A DNA stretch of 64,000 nucleotides from Acidobacteriota bacterium (GTDB lineage Bacteria; Acidobacteriota; UBA6911; RPQK01; JADFOI01). Location: contig CBDCMH010000011.1 of assembly GCA_965218935.1 (NCBI GenBank), positions 194,406 through 258,405 on the forward strand, in the 5' to 3' direction. The notes under the pieces were generated by a model. It did not search any database, was not told the DNA's origin, and saw only the letters and a program-made list of their open reading frames with translations. Position numbers and translations under genes: made by a program. Positions 19,113 through 29,131 of the stretch are shown piece after piece; position 1 is the first letter of the stretch, and each line of letters starts with the position of its first letter.

Positions 19113-21296
19113 TTAGAAGTCGAAGGAATAGGTCCACTTCACCATAAACGATCGGCCCACCAGTCCCGATTCCAACTCATCGACATTTCTCCCCTCGTTA
19201 TAGATAAAGAAAATGTCATCTCCGGGCCGATAGATGTAGTTCAGGCGAAATCGGAAGTTCAAGAAATCATCCAGGTTACTGTACTGGACGGTGTAGCTGG
19301 TGAGCCACTTGTTGGAGAAGGAGTAGTTGGCCCGGGTATTGATCACTTGTGATGTAAAATCTCCTTGGGGAAGATCAACGTCGTTTAGCGCGTAGCTGAG
19401 ATCAAAAGAGAGCGCTTCGCTGACCTTAATTTGCGGCTCAAACCTCAGTTCGATTTTGCGACCATCAAAGAACTCCCACCTGTACTCGAATCGAAGGATT
19501 TCGCGCCCTGCTATTTTGCGCTGGGGCGCAGCATCCACAAGCACCAGGATGTCCCCGCCGCGATAGGTCCCGATCGGAATGATAATATCGGGACGAATGG
19601 CAAAGGGCTCGAAGAGCCGTTCGAACCTCTGGTGTAAATCAACCATGAGTCGATCGCCCGCCTCGAAGAACATTTCCGAGGTGAAGACATGGTATTGCAT
19701 CGACTCCTGTTTCCCGTCCTGATTCTGGGTGTAGTCCATGCGGGTTCGGAGGACCCACTGGCGAATGAGATCGCTCTCGGGGCGGGGCTTGACGCCGAAT
19801 TGGAGGGTTGTCTTTCGTTGGTCAGGCCGCGGAACAAATCCAATCTCCGGATTGAAGTTTCTCTGGACCAACAGGTACTCGCCTCCTGCCAGAAGAAAAT
19901 CACTATTCCACAAAATTCGGCCGAAGGCTGACCAATCGTCCTCGGGCAGGGTCGGGGTTTCCGTTTTGGCTACAAATCCCTGAAGGTTGAGATGGTCGGC
20001 AAAAACGAAATTGCCGTCGATCCCAAAGACCCTATTGTAGTCTCCCTCCAGGGAGGATTGCCGATTCGTGAACATGGCTCCTACCGAGGAGCGTCCCAGC
20101 ACATCCCGCTTGACCCGATAGACCCCGAAATTACTGCCCTGGATTCCCAACGCGGTGTCGGTCTGCACATTGAGCAGGCCGATGGCGTAGGGGCCTACCC
20201 GACCGGTAAACCTGGCTCCTGCAATGATGGGAATTAAATCTCCCTCAGGGGAGAGACCGATTCGACGACTGAAGAAGAGCTTAAAATCGCGGCTTTGGCG
20301 AATACCGACCCCCGTTCCAAACTCGAAAATACCAGCTCCTTCCAGAAAAAATTCACGTCTTTCCGGGAAGAACAGAGGAAAACGGGTGACATTGACGATC
20401 ACATCATCCACTTCCGTCTGGGCAAAGTCGGTGTTCACGGTGACGTCCAGGGTCAGCGCGGGGGTGGGACGAAATTTCAGCAGCTCCAGACCAATATCGG
20501 ACAAATTGTGGGTAACGGTTTGGTCCATCGAGTTCGGGAACTGTTCAAAACCCGCCAGGCCATACGGCTTGATCCTCCAGCGAAGGCCCTGGGTAGCATT
20601 TTCCATTCCCACCAGGTGACCCGCCTGGGAAACGTCCGCGAATTGAAAGTTCCGGTCAAAGGTATTCCAGTAGGCTGCCTCATTTTTGCGGCGAATGAGG
20701 CGTTCGATCTCCAGTCCCCACACCCCCTGTTGGCCCATGCGCAAGGACTTGAAGGGGATCATCAGCTCTGCCGTCCAGCCCTCTTCGCTCCGGCTGGCCT
20801 CGGCCTCCCACTTTTCATCCCATGAGATATTGATATCGAGTCCTTCTTCGGTTAACAGACCGTCAAACTGAGTCCCCAGGGAATTGGTTCGAAAGATGAA
20901 AGCGTTTCGCTGATCGGAGAAGGTGTCAAGGAGCACGGCCACGCTGTCGTCTTTGGTGAGATCCTGGTCGCGCCGGCGCTCAGTGGCTATGATTTCAGTT
21001 GGTTGTGAATCGTCGCAGCGAAACCCAAAATAGATGGCGTCCTTGGTGTAAACGATATAAACGGCGGTGAATTCGCTGGCAGGTGCTCCCTCCTGCGGGT
21101 CCCTTTGTTGAAAATCAGACAAGGGATCCGACTGAGCCCACACTGGATCATCCAGCATTCCATCAACATTCGGGGCCTGCTCCACGAATACTGCCACGCC
21201 CTGTTTCTGGACTTTCGAATCCGTCTGAGCCCAGAGGGGAAGAAGAAAACCCGAAGCCAGCACTACACGGAATATCTTAGTCAGGTATTTTTGCAT
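19113..21296 (-). CDS. secreted CBM9-like / DUF5916 family protein
   Basis: Signal peptide. N-terminal DGMLDDPVWAQSDPLSDFQQRDP motif typical of carbohydrate-binding family 9-like domains. The large beta-rich remainder fits DUF5916 proteins. Confidence 0.7.
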   Translation of the reverse strand: MQKYLTKIFRVVLASGFLLPLWAQTDSKVQKQGVAVFVEQAPNVDGMLDDPVWAQSDPLSDFQQRDPQEGAPASEFTAVYIVYTKDAIYFGFRCDDSQPTEIIATERRRDQDLTKDDSVAVLLDTFSDQRNAFIFRTNSLGTQFDGLLTEEGLDINISWDEKWEAEASRSEEGWTAELMIPFKSLRMGQQGVWGLEIERLIRRKNEAAYWNTFDRNFQFADVSQAGHLVGMENATQGLRWRIKPYGLAGFEQFPNSMDQTVTHNLSDIGLELLKFRPTPALTLDVTVNTDFAQTEVDDVIVNVTRFPLFFPERREFFLEGAGIFEFGTGVGIRQSRDFKLFFSRRIGLSPEGDLIPIIAGARFTGRVGPYAIGLLNVQTDTALGIQGSNFGVYRVKRDVLGRSSVGAMFTNRQSSLEGDYNRVFGIDGNFVFADHLNLQGFVAKTETPTLPEDDWSAFGRILWNSDFLLAGGEYLLVQRNFNPEIGFVPRPDQRKTTLQFGVKPRPESDLIRQWVLRTRMDYTQNQDGKQESMQYHVFTSEMFFEAGDRLMVDLHQRFERLFEPFAIRPDIIIPIGTYRGGDILVLVDAAPQRKIAGREILRFEYRWEFFDGRKIELRFEPQIKVSEALSFDLSYALNDVDLPQGDFTSQVINTRANYSFSNKWLTSYTVQYSNLDDFLNFRFRLNYIYRPGDDIFFIYNEGRNVDELESGLVGRSFMVKWTYSFDF

Positions 21297-21357
21297 CGTT
21301 TTCCTCGGCTTCGCTGCTCAGACTAGCCAAACACCAACGCCCACGCAAGCACCTGTC

Positions 21358-21387
21358 TTGACCCGTCTTTCCCGGCGAAAGTATAAT
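21358..21387 (+). promoter_or_regulatory. sigma70-like promoter (TTGACC -18- TATAAT) of aminotransferase gene
   Basis: The -35 TTGACC lies at 21358-21363 and the -10 TATAAT at 21382-21387, 26 nt upstream of the ATG at 21414. Confidence 0.4.
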
Positions 21388-21413
21388 CCATGGCTCTCTG
21401 AGGAGACAATCTC

Positions 21414-22580
21414 ATGCTGGCAGACAGAATCCTTTCCGTCCAGAGGTCGCCCTTTTACAGCATTATGGAGTTGGCAGCGTCAAGAGAGGACTGTATCTAT
21501 CTGCAGCTGGGAGAACCGGACTTCAGCCTACCCAAACACATCTCGGAAGCTGTTAAGAAAGCTCTTGATGAAGGCCATACCCACTATGGTTCCGATCGGG
21601 GCATCCCCGAACTTCGTCAAGGCATTGCTGAAAAGATTCAAAGAGAATACGGCGCTACTTACAATTGGGAGGATGAGATCCTGGTGACGGCAGGGGGCCA
21701 GGCGGCCCTGCATATCGCTGTCATGGCTTTGGCCAATCCCGGGGACGAGATTATTGTCCTTCTCCCCCATTACCCGCCCTATCTGGTCAACGCCCAGCTG
21801 GCGGGGGCCAAGGCCGTATTCGTTAAACTGAAGAGCGAGGAAGGTTTTGTCCCAGATCCTGCTGACATCGAAAAGGTCATCACTCCAAGAAGCAAGATGA
21901 TCATTGTGCTGACCCCCAACAATCCAACGGGAAGCGTCTACCCTGAGGAGACCCTGCGGGGGATCCTGGCGCTTGCCAAGCAGCACAACCTCACCTTGAT
22001 CTCCGATGAAGTTTACGAGCACCTGGTCTTCGATGGGGTTGAGCACAAGAGTCTCATTTCCCTCCCCGATGCCAAGGATCACGTGGTGCAGGTGAACAGC
22101 TTCTCGAAGACTTATGCCATGACCGGTTTGAGGGTGGGATACCTGGCAGCCTCAAGCGATAAGTTGATCCACTTTTTGAAGTACCATCATACGGTCAATA
22201 TCAGCGCCAACGTTCCTTCACAGATGGCCTGTGTCACCGCCCTGAAAGGCCCCCAGGATTGTGTGGAGGAAATGCGCCAGGCCTACCTGAAAAGGCGGGA
22301 CCTGTTAGTGGAAAGGCTAAACGACATTCCGGGGATTCACTGCGATTCTCCAAAGGGGACTTTCTTTGCGTTCGCCGATGTTCGAGAGCTTGGTGTTCCC
22401 TCCTTGGACTTGGTGGAATACCTGGTGAGGGAGGCCGGCGTGGTGTTGGCCAACGGAAGCGGGTTCGACTACGAAGGCTTCGTCAGGCTTTCTTACGCAG
22501 CCACGTCAGAGAGTATCCAGGAAGCCATGGATCGGATGAAAAAGGCGGCCGCAGCAATGCCCGCCAGCCTGAAAGCCTAA
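21414..22580 (+). CDS. pyridoxal-phosphate-dependent aminotransferase class I/II (aspartate aminotransferase-like)
   Basis: N-terminal LADRILSVQRSPFYSIMELA matches the AspAT family. The SFSKTYAMTGLRVGY segment carries the PLP lysine motif. Confidence 0.85.
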   Translation: MLADRILSVQRSPFYSIMELAASREDCIYLQLGEPDFSLPKHISEAVKKALDEGHTHYGSDRGIPELRQGIAEKIQREYGATYNWEDEILVTAGGQAALHIAVMALANPGDEIIVLLPHYPPYLVNAQLAGAKAVFVKLKSEEGFVPDPADIEKVITPRSKMIIVLTPNNPTGSVYPEETLRGILALAKQHNLTLISDEVYEHLVFDGVEHKSLISLPDAKDHVVQVNSFSKTYAMTGLRVGYLAASSDKLIHFLKYHHTVNISANVPSQMACVTALKGPQDCVEEMRQAYLKRRDLLVERLNDIPGIHCDSPKGTFFAFADVRELGVPSLDLVEYLVREAGVVLANGSGFDYEGFVRLSYAATSESIQEAMDRMKKAAAAMPASLKA

Positions 22581-22652
22581 ACAGCTGACAACTGAGAGCT
22601 GACAACTGAAGGCTGGCAGCTACAGCTGAAAGTTCGCGGCAAAAAGTTCGAT

Positions 22653-23366
22653 TCACTGCAGAACGATTCGCGTATCCAGTGCCAGTGCTCCTTCTCCGTT
22701 GACCAGCACCGGATTCAGATCCACTGAACCCACTTCAGGGTTTTCCGTTCCCAGAACACAAACCGCCAAAATCACCTTCTTGAGGGCATTGATGTCCGCC
22801 TTGGGCATCCCTCGGAAACCACCCAGAAGCTTATATCCCTTGACTTCACTCAGCATGTCTTCGACCTCTTCTTCTCCGACAGGGCACAGCCGAAAGCTCA
22901 CATCCTGATAAACCTCAACGAAAATACCGCCAATTCCGAACATGACGACCGGTCCGAAAACTTCATCTCGTTTCAATCCGACGATCGTCTCCACGCCCTC
23001 ACCCGCCATCTTTGCGATCACCTGTCCTCTGATCTGGGCCTCCGGGCTGTGCTGTTTCACACTCTCCACGATCGCATCATAGGCTTCCACCAACTGCTCT
23101 CGTGCCATGATCCCCACACGAACTCCGCCAACATCCGACTTGTGGACAACCTGGGCCGATACCACTTTCATGACCACGGGATAACCCAGTTTCTCGGCGA
23201 TGGAGATCGCTTCCTCCTTGTTTCCAGCCAGGTCGGCCTGGGGCAAAGGGAGCTGGTAACTCAGACACACTTCTGCGGCCTCATTTTCCAGAAGAAAATT
23301 CCTCTTCTCCTCTTTAGCAAGTTTAGCAAGGTGGTAATACTTCAAGAACAATTCTCTACCGCTCAT
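22653..23366 (-). CDS. ATP-grasp domain protein (acetate--CoA ligase [ADP-forming] beta-subunit-like)
   Basis: 237 aa. The motifs resemble the ATP-grasp subunit of ADP-forming acyl-CoA synthetases (KVVSAQVVHKSDVGGV, GIGGIFVEV). Confidence 0.6.
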   Translation of the reverse strand: MSGRELFLKYYHLAKLAKEEKRNFLLENEAAEVCLSYQLPLPQADLAGNKEEAISIAEKLGYPVVMKVVSAQVVHKSDVGGVRVGIMAREQLVEAYDAIVESVKQHSPEAQIRGQVIAKMAGEGVETIVGLKRDEVFGPVVMFGIGGIFVEVYQDVSFRLCPVGEEEVEDMLSEVKGYKLLGGFRGMPKADINALKKVILAVCVLGTENPEVGSVDLNPVLVNGEGALALDTRIVLQ

Positions 23367-23487
23367 CTACACTCACCTTCATCATCAATACATCATTCAT
23401 ACCCATGGTCGCTGCATTTTAACCCTTCTTTGCCCTCAGGGAAATGGGTAGTCTGTTCCTTCCTTTCCCCGTTATAATGCCCCGGCT

Positions 23488-24186
23488 ATGGGAACAGACA
23501 CGGGCGGTATCACTTTGTCCTTTGATCTCACTTCTTCAGCCGGATCCGAGACGGCCCAGTTTAGCATCAGCGAAGCCGTTATCGCCGGCTGGACGGGACG
23601 GGATGCAGAGGCCGTGGAGAAGCACATTCTTGAACTTGAAAAACTTGGGATACAACGTCCGGCTTCTACACCCATTTTCTACCGGGTGGCGGCAGCCCGC
23701 CTGACCATTGCCGGCAAGATTCAGGTGGTAGGTGAAGAGTCAAGCGGAGAAGTGGAGGTCGTCCTTGTCCAGCAATCGGGTCAGCTCTGGGTAGGTGTCG
23801 GATCGGACCACACCGACCGGGAAGTGGAAACCTACGGGGTGACGGTTTCCAAACAAGTCTGCGACAAGCCTGTGGCCCCGGTCCTCTGGCCCTACGCCGA
23901 AGTTGCGGAACATTGGGACCAGATGGTTCTTCGCTCATACGCAGGGAAGAAAAGAGAGCTGTATCAAGAGGGACCGGTGGCCAAGATGCTTCCACCGACT
24001 GATCTGATCACACGCTACACCAAAAGTGACAACCTTTCCGACGGCACCCTCATGTTCGGGGGCACCCTGGCCACCCTGGGTGAGGTTCAGCCCTCGGAGA
24101 GGTTCGAGCTGGAACTGGAGGACCCTGTGCTCAGGCGACGAATCACCCACAGTTACGACGTCCGCACGCTCCCCATTTTAGGTTAA
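23488..24186 (+). CDS. DUF2848-like hypothetical protein
   Basis: 232 aa. The family assignment rests on recalled similarity and is low-certainty. Confidence 0.4.
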   Translation: MGTDTGGITLSFDLTSSAGSETAQFSISEAVIAGWTGRDAEAVEKHILELEKLGIQRPASTPIFYRVAAARLTIAGKIQVVGEESSGEVEVVLVQQSGQLWVGVGSDHTDREVETYGVTVSKQVCDKPVAPVLWPYAEVAEHWDQMVLRSYAGKKRELYQEGPVAKMLPPTDLITRYTKSDNLSDGTLMFGGTLATLGEVQPSERFELELEDPVLRRRITHSYDVRTLPILG

Positions 24187-24193
24187 CTAACGA

Positions 24194-24574
24194 TCATGCG
24201 GGATCGTAATAGTGGATCTCGTAGAGGAGACAACCGTCCACGGACTTGAAGGGACCATGGAAGGCTCCCGGAGGGCGGCAGGCGTAGGTGTTGGGACTGA
24301 AGGTTTCACCACCCTCGCCTTGCTCGTCGTTGCCTACAATCAGTTCTCCGGAGAGCAGATAGACTTCCTCCCAGTACTCGTGAACGAAGGGCGCCGTTGT
24401 GTAAACACCGGGAAGGAAGCGCAGAAGCCGGGTACGGTGCCCCCTTTTATTCTCCTCATCGAGACGACCCGACAGAATCTTCTGCTGGATACCACTGGGA
24501 TAACCCGGTGGCACTTCCCATCCCTCGTCCATGTTCAAAGTGTGAAATTCCTTATGTTCCTTCTCAATTGCCAT
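24194..24574 (-). CDS. cupin domain protein
   Basis: 126 aa with a cupin-like G(x)5HxH...E...G pattern (GNDEQGEGGETF...PPGAFHG). A strong RBS AGGAGG follows motif copy (a). Confidence 0.55.
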   Translation of the reverse strand: MAIEKEHKEFHTLNMDEGWEVPPGYPSGIQQKILSGRLDEENKRGHRTRLLRFLPGVYTTAPFVHEYWEEVYLLSGELIVGNDEQGEGGETFSPNTYACRPPGAFHGPFKSVDGCLLYEIHYYDPA

Positions 24575-24593
24575 ACTTATGAATTCCTCCTAT

Positions 24594-24610
24594 CTAGCCG
24601 GGATTATGCA
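24594..24610 (-). promoter_or_regulatory. recurrent motif copy a (ATGCATAATCCCGGCTAGA), promoter-like, directly upstream of cupin gene RBS
   Basis: Read on the minus strand it is TTATGCATAATCCCGGCTAGATAGGAGGAATTCATAAGTATG. It is one of five copies of the same motif in the window. Confidence 0.45.
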
Positions 24611-24976
24611 TAAAGTGCCTACTGCAGTGTCACAATCATCCACGTTGACCGCGTTGTGCTTCCTTGGGGTTCTTCGAACACTCGATTGAGGCCTATAAAG
24701 TAACGAATCACCGGACCCGGGTCAATGCTTGGGCAAAGGCGATGTGCGCCTCACTAGAGCTCAAAAGATTCACGTCCACCAGACAAAAAGAGGGTGGAGA
24801 AAAGAGGTTCTCGCGAGACCTCAACATCGACTAAATCGATCAAACAACTGTTTGCAAAACCTCTTCATAAGAAACAATTCGAAGTGGTTTCAAGGTCGTG
24901 TGGAAAATTCTGTGGATAAGGTGTGCGCTCTCCGCCTGGAAAACACGCCCACTGACTCTCTGAAAAAAAACCGATT

Positions 24977-25015
24977 CTTGCACATAAAATGTGCAAGAAA
25001 TTTTTTGCTTTTTTC
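24977..25015 (+). terminator. orphan intrinsic-terminator-like hairpin plus T-tract
   Basis: Perfect 9-bp stem CTTGCACAT/ATGTGCAAG with an AAA loop, then AAATTTTTTGCTTTTTT. An A-tract upstream makes it potentially bidirectional. No annotated gene ends here. Confidence 0.4.
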
Positions 25016-25581
25016 CCTTGTTTCAGATCCTCAAATGAATAGAATTGAGATTGTCCCAAGGGGTAAAAGCAACGAGCCGAAACCCTGAGGCGGCGGCCCC
25101 GAGTTGGAAAGATCCACTCTCCGGCTTCGGTCGGGGAAGCGAGGAAGCCAACCAGGGGAGAAGCTGAGGTCAGCTTACTTCGGTAAGCCAGCAGCGGTGG
25201 AAACGAGCTGGGAGGAAAACCTGCTCTCTTCGGAAAGCGGGAAGCATAGCTCAGCTTTGGACGCAGGCCGGGAACTTCCGTTTTGATAAGATTCTCGAAA
25301 GAGAGAAATCAAGGCGGGAAGGCGATCCCGTTTCAGGGTCGTCGGTTGGCTCTTCGGAGGCAGCCGGAGGTTCCAGAGACAAGGGTCACCACTTAAGAAG
25401 CAGAGAAACCGATTTTTAACGAGGTCGGGAGAGAGAGCTTCTTGAGCCAACAGGAACGGCTCTCGCTGATATCACTTGGGACACTTTTTTTTGCCCACTC
25501 TCTTTCCCTGTTTCACCTTTTGGTCAACCCACCGATTCTCACCTTGACAGTGATTCGCATTTTCATGCTATGGTGCGCCAG

Positions 25582-26631
25582 ATGGAAAAGATCCCAGTCG
25601 GAATTTTAGGCGCCACGGGTGCGGTAGGACAAAAGTTCATCCTGCTTCTGTCCGATCATCCCTGGTTTGAAATCCGAGAGTTGGCTGCCTCCAAGCGATC
25701 ATCCGGCAATCGATATCAAGATGTCGTGAACTGGGTACAGGAGAGGCCTATTCCGGAAGCCATCCGAGAAATGACAGTCAAGGATTGCGAACCGAATCTC
25801 GGGTGTAAGATTGTTTTTTCCGGTTTGGATTCCTCAGTCGCCGGAGAGGTAGAAGAAGCTTTCGCCCAAGCGGGGTATTGGGTGTTTTCCAATGCCACAA
25901 ACCATCGCATGGATTCAGATGTTCCGTTGGTGATTACCGAGCTCAACCCTGAGCACCTGAATATGATCCCCCACCAGCAGAAGAATCGAGGCTGGGAGGG
26001 TGCCCTCATCACCAACGCCAATTGCTCGGCCATCGTTTTGGCTCTTTCCATCGGGCCTCTTCACAAGAGGTTTGGACTGGAAACGGTTCATGTGGTCACC
26101 TTTCAGGCGCTCTCGGGCGCCGGCTATCCGGGTGTTGCCTCACTGGACATCCTGGGCAATATCATTCCTTTTATTTCCGGAGAGGAAGAGAAGATCGAAA
26201 GTGAGACCCAAAAGATCCTGGGTACACTGGATGAGCGTCAATTTAGTCCAGCCCCTTTTACTGTCAGCGCCCACGCTAATCGAGTCCCTGTTGAGGAGGG
26301 TCACCTGGAATGTGTTTCAGTCAAGCTGAAAGAGGCGGCTGGGCTGGAAGAAGTGACTCGATGTTGGCAGGAATTCAGGGGACCGGACCATGAATTGAAT
26401 CTTCCCTCGGCCCCGGAACAGCCCGTGGTGGTGGTTTCGGAAGAGGACCGGCCCCAGCCCCGCCGGGATGTTTGGAAATATGGAGGAATGAGTGCCCTGG
26501 TGGGACGGGTCCGCCCTTGCCCGCTGTTTGATATCAAGTACGTCGTGCTTGGCCACAATACGATCCGGGGAGCGGCGGGCGCCTCGCTGCTCAATGCAGA
26601 GCTGGTTCTCAAGAAAGGGATGCTGGATTGA
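25582..26631 (+). CDS. asd: aspartate-semialdehyde dehydrogenase
   Basis: N-terminal MEKIPVGILGATGAVGQKF, an active-site Cys region (NANCSAIV) and QALSGAGYPG. Alternative start at 25570. Confidence 0.85.
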   Translation: MEKIPVGILGATGAVGQKFILLLSDHPWFEIRELAASKRSSGNRYQDVVNWVQERPIPEAIREMTVKDCEPNLGCKIVFSGLDSSVAGEVEEAFAQAGYWVFSNATNHRMDSDVPLVITELNPEHLNMIPHQQKNRGWEGALITNANCSAIVLALSIGPLHKRFGLETVHVVTFQALSGAGYPGVASLDILGNIIPFISGEEEKIESETQKILGTLDERQFSPAPFTVSAHANRVPVEEGHLECVSVKLKEAAGLEEVTRCWQEFRGPDHELNLPSAPEQPVVVVSEEDRPQPRRDVWKYGGMSALVGRVRPCPLFDIKYVVLGHNTIRGAAGASLLNAELVLKKGMLD

Positions 26632-26700
26632 GCGCTCAGAGAGAAAGAGAAGGAGAGAGAGAAACAACAAGACTACGACTGCACGAAAGCACGAGATGCC

Positions 26701-27396
26701 ATGCGAGTGACCATTATGGGCTACGGGAAAATGGGTAAAATGGTGGAAGAAGTGTGCCAGGATCAAGGCCACGAAATCCTCCACACCATCGATATCGACA
26801 ATCTTCCCTCCGAAGCCGGGTTTTCAGGGGAATGGGTGGAAAAAACCGATGCCCTCATCGATTTCTCGGTGGCGGCGGCGGTGGTAGCCAATGTTGAAAA
26901 TGCTGCGCGCGCCGAGATTCCCATTGTCATAGGAACCACGGGTTGGAATCAGGACCTGGAGAAGGTCGGCCAGATCGTTGCAACCCAGTCTGGAGCCTGC
27001 GTCTACAGCAGCAACTTCAGTATGGGAGTGCAGGCTCTTTTTTATCTGACCCGTCAGGCAGGGAAGGTGATTTCTGGTTTTCAGGATTTCCATCCCTTTA
27101 TTGAGGAATCTCATCATACTCAGAAAGTCGATGCTCCCTCGGGCACGGCTCTGACCTTGGGCGATATTCTTAAGGAATCGTATGAGGCGGAGATACCCAC
27201 ATCCAGCCTGCGTGCCGGTTTTTTCCCGGGAAACCATGTTGTCGGCTTCGACTCTCCCTTTGATACCCTGAGGCTGGAACACCGGGCAAGAAGCCGGGAG
27301 GGTTTTGCTCAAGGAGCACTTTTCGCTGCCCAGTGGATCCAAGGCAAAACCGGCTTGTATCGTTTCGAAGACGTCCTTTTTGGTGAAGAGCAATGA
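26701..27396 (+). CDS. dapB: 4-hydroxy-tetrahydrodipicolinate reductase
   Basis: N-terminal MRVTIMGYGKMGKMV Rossmann fold and an E(S)HH(T)QKVDAPSGTA catalytic motif. Confidence 0.85.
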   Translation: MRVTIMGYGKMGKMVEEVCQDQGHEILHTIDIDNLPSEAGFSGEWVEKTDALIDFSVAAAVVANVENAARAEIPIVIGTTGWNQDLEKVGQIVATQSGACVYSSNFSMGVQALFYLTRQAGKVISGFQDFHPFIEESHHTQKVDAPSGTALTLGDILKESYEAEIPTSSLRAGFFPGNHVVGFDSPFDTLRLEHRARSREGFAQGALFAAQWIQGKTGLYRFEDVLFGEEQ

Positions 27397-28286
27397 TCAA
27401 TCTACGAGGTTGTGGCACTGCCCTGGTCACCCCTTTTCAATCCGATACCCAGCTTGATCTGGAAGCCTACCGAAAACTGATCCGTTGGCAGCTGGACTCG
27501 GGCGTCCACTTTCTGGTTCCCGCCGGAACCACCGGGGAGAGCGTCACTCTAAACGAAGAGGAATACCGTCAGGTGATCGGAACCTGTGTGAAAACCGCGG
27601 CAGGTGCAGTCCCTGTGGTGGCAGGTGCCGGCACCAACAACACGACCCAGGCCATCCACCTGGCTAACATTGCCCAGCAAGAGGGGGCCGACGCCCTCCT
27701 GGCGGTAACTCCCTACTACAACAAACCGACCCAGGAAGGTCTTGTTCTTCATTTTAGTAAAATTGCCGAGTCGATCAGTTTGCCCGTCGTTCTTTACAAC
27801 GTACCGGGTCGTACCATCATTAACATCACAGCAGAAACTGCCCTTCGATTGGCCCAGGTCGACAGCATCATTGCCGTCAAGGAAGCCAGTGGAGATCTGG
27901 GTCAAGTCATGCGGATCCTCAACCGCCGGCCTTCAGACTTTTTGGTTCTTTCCGGAGACGACAGCCTGACGTTCCCCATCATGGCCATGGGTGGGGAGGG
28001 CATCATCTCGGTGGCCAGTAACTTAATTCCAGCGGAAATGTCCCAAATGGTCGACCTGGCCCTTGACGGAAAATGGGAAGAGGCTCGTAAGATTCACTAT
28101 CGATTTCTCAATCTGATGGAGCTCAACTTCATCGAAACCAGCCCCATTCCCGTCAAGTATGCTCTCTCTCGCATGGGCAAGCTGGAAGAAGTCTACCGGC
28201 TTCCGTTGTGTCCACTTAGCGCCCCCAGCAAGAAAGTGATGGATCACGAGCTGGACAAACTCAACCTGGTGAGTTCCGGTGATTGA
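27393..28286 (+). CDS. dapA: 4-hydroxy-tetrahydrodipicolinate synthase
   Basis: ALVTPF...VPAGTTGE and YNVPGRT motifs with a conserved Lys region. It overlaps dapB by 4 nt. Confidence 0.9.
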   Translation: MINLRGCGTALVTPFQSDTQLDLEAYRKLIRWQLDSGVHFLVPAGTTGESVTLNEEEYRQVIGTCVKTAAGAVPVVAGAGTNNTTQAIHLANIAQQEGADALLAVTPYYNKPTQEGLVLHFSKIAESISLPVVLYNVPGRTIINITAETALRLAQVDSIIAVKEASGDLGQVMRILNRRPSDFLVLSGDDSLTFPIMAMGGEGIISVASNLIPAEMSQMVDLALDGKWEEARKIHYRFLNLMELNFIETSPIPVKYALSRMGKLEEVYRLPLCPLSAPSKKVMDHELDKLNLVSSGD

Positions 28287-29097
28287 GACCATTGAAGGGC
28301 TCTTTGAAAAGGATCGATTTGACGCCGAGGATAGGAACGCCCTCGAATCGTTTCTGGATCAACTGGACGAGGGAACTGTTCGTGCGGTCGCAAGGGTCGA
28401 CGGGCAGTGGAAGGTCAACACCTGGGTCAAGAAAGGGATCCTGGTCGGATTTCGCATGGGGGTGCTGGCCGATCGATCCATTGATGAGAATTTTCGCTTC
28501 TTTGATAAAGACACCTTCCCCCTGAAGTCGCTTGCGCTCAGCTCCGGGGTCAGGATTGTTCCCGGTGGATCCGCCGTGCGGCGCGGAACCTTTGTCGCTG
28601 CAGGCGTGACCTGCATGCCTCCCATGTATATTAACGTCGGTGCTTACGTGGATGAGGGCACCATGGTGGATTCCCATGCCCTGGTTGGATCGTGTGCCCA
28701 GATCGGTAAGCGCGTTCACTTAAGCGCCGCCGCTCAGATCGGAGGGGTGCTGGAACCGGTGGGAGCCCTCCCCGTGATTATTGAAGACGAGGTCCTGGTG
28801 GGTGGGAATTGTGGAGTCTATGAGGGAACGATTGTGCGCAGCGGAGCGGTCCTGGCCGCGGGTGTCATTTTAACTCGGGGAACCCCGGTTTATGATCTCA
28901 CCCGAGAAACCGTGCTCCGGGGTAACGACGAGAACCCCCTTGAAATTCCCGAGGGTGCGGTGGTGGTGCCCGGAACTCGGCCCGTGTCTTCCGGCTATGG
29001 CAAGACTCAGGGACTCTCCCTGTACACCCCGATCATCGTGAAATACCGGGATCAAAAAACTGAGAAATCGGTCCAACTGGAAGACCGGCTCAGGTAG
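28279..29097 (+). CDS. dapD: 2,3,4,5-tetrahydropyridine-2,6-dicarboxylate N-acyltransferase (DapD-type)
   Basis: Left-handed beta-helix hexapeptide repeats and an N-terminal domain typical of DapD. It overlaps dapA by 8 nt. Confidence 0.8.
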   Translation: MIETIEGLFEKDRFDAEDRNALESFLDQLDEGTVRAVARVDGQWKVNTWVKKGILVGFRMGVLADRSIDENFRFFDKDTFPLKSLALSSGVRIVPGGSAVRRGTFVAAGVTCMPPMYINVGAYVDEGTMVDSHALVGSCAQIGKRVHLSAAAQIGGVLEPVGALPVIIEDEVLVGGNCGVYEGTIVRSGAVLAAGVILTRGTPVYDLTRETVLRGNDENPLEIPEGAVVVPGTRPVSSGYGKTQGLSLYTPIIVKYRDQKTEKSVQLEDRLR

Positions 29098-29131
29098 AAG
29101 ACACGACAAATCACCGTTCATCATTCACCAT

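Noticed and set aside
24729-25088. 119-aa ORF in the asd upstream intergenic region
   Set aside because: Low-complexity basic sequence with no RBS. The region looks structured and non-coding.
25085-25495. Lysine riboswitch upstream of asd
   Set aside because: I could not find the conserved GAGGCGC / P2-P5 lysine-box features by inspection. It is kept only as an unspecified structured-RNA candidate.
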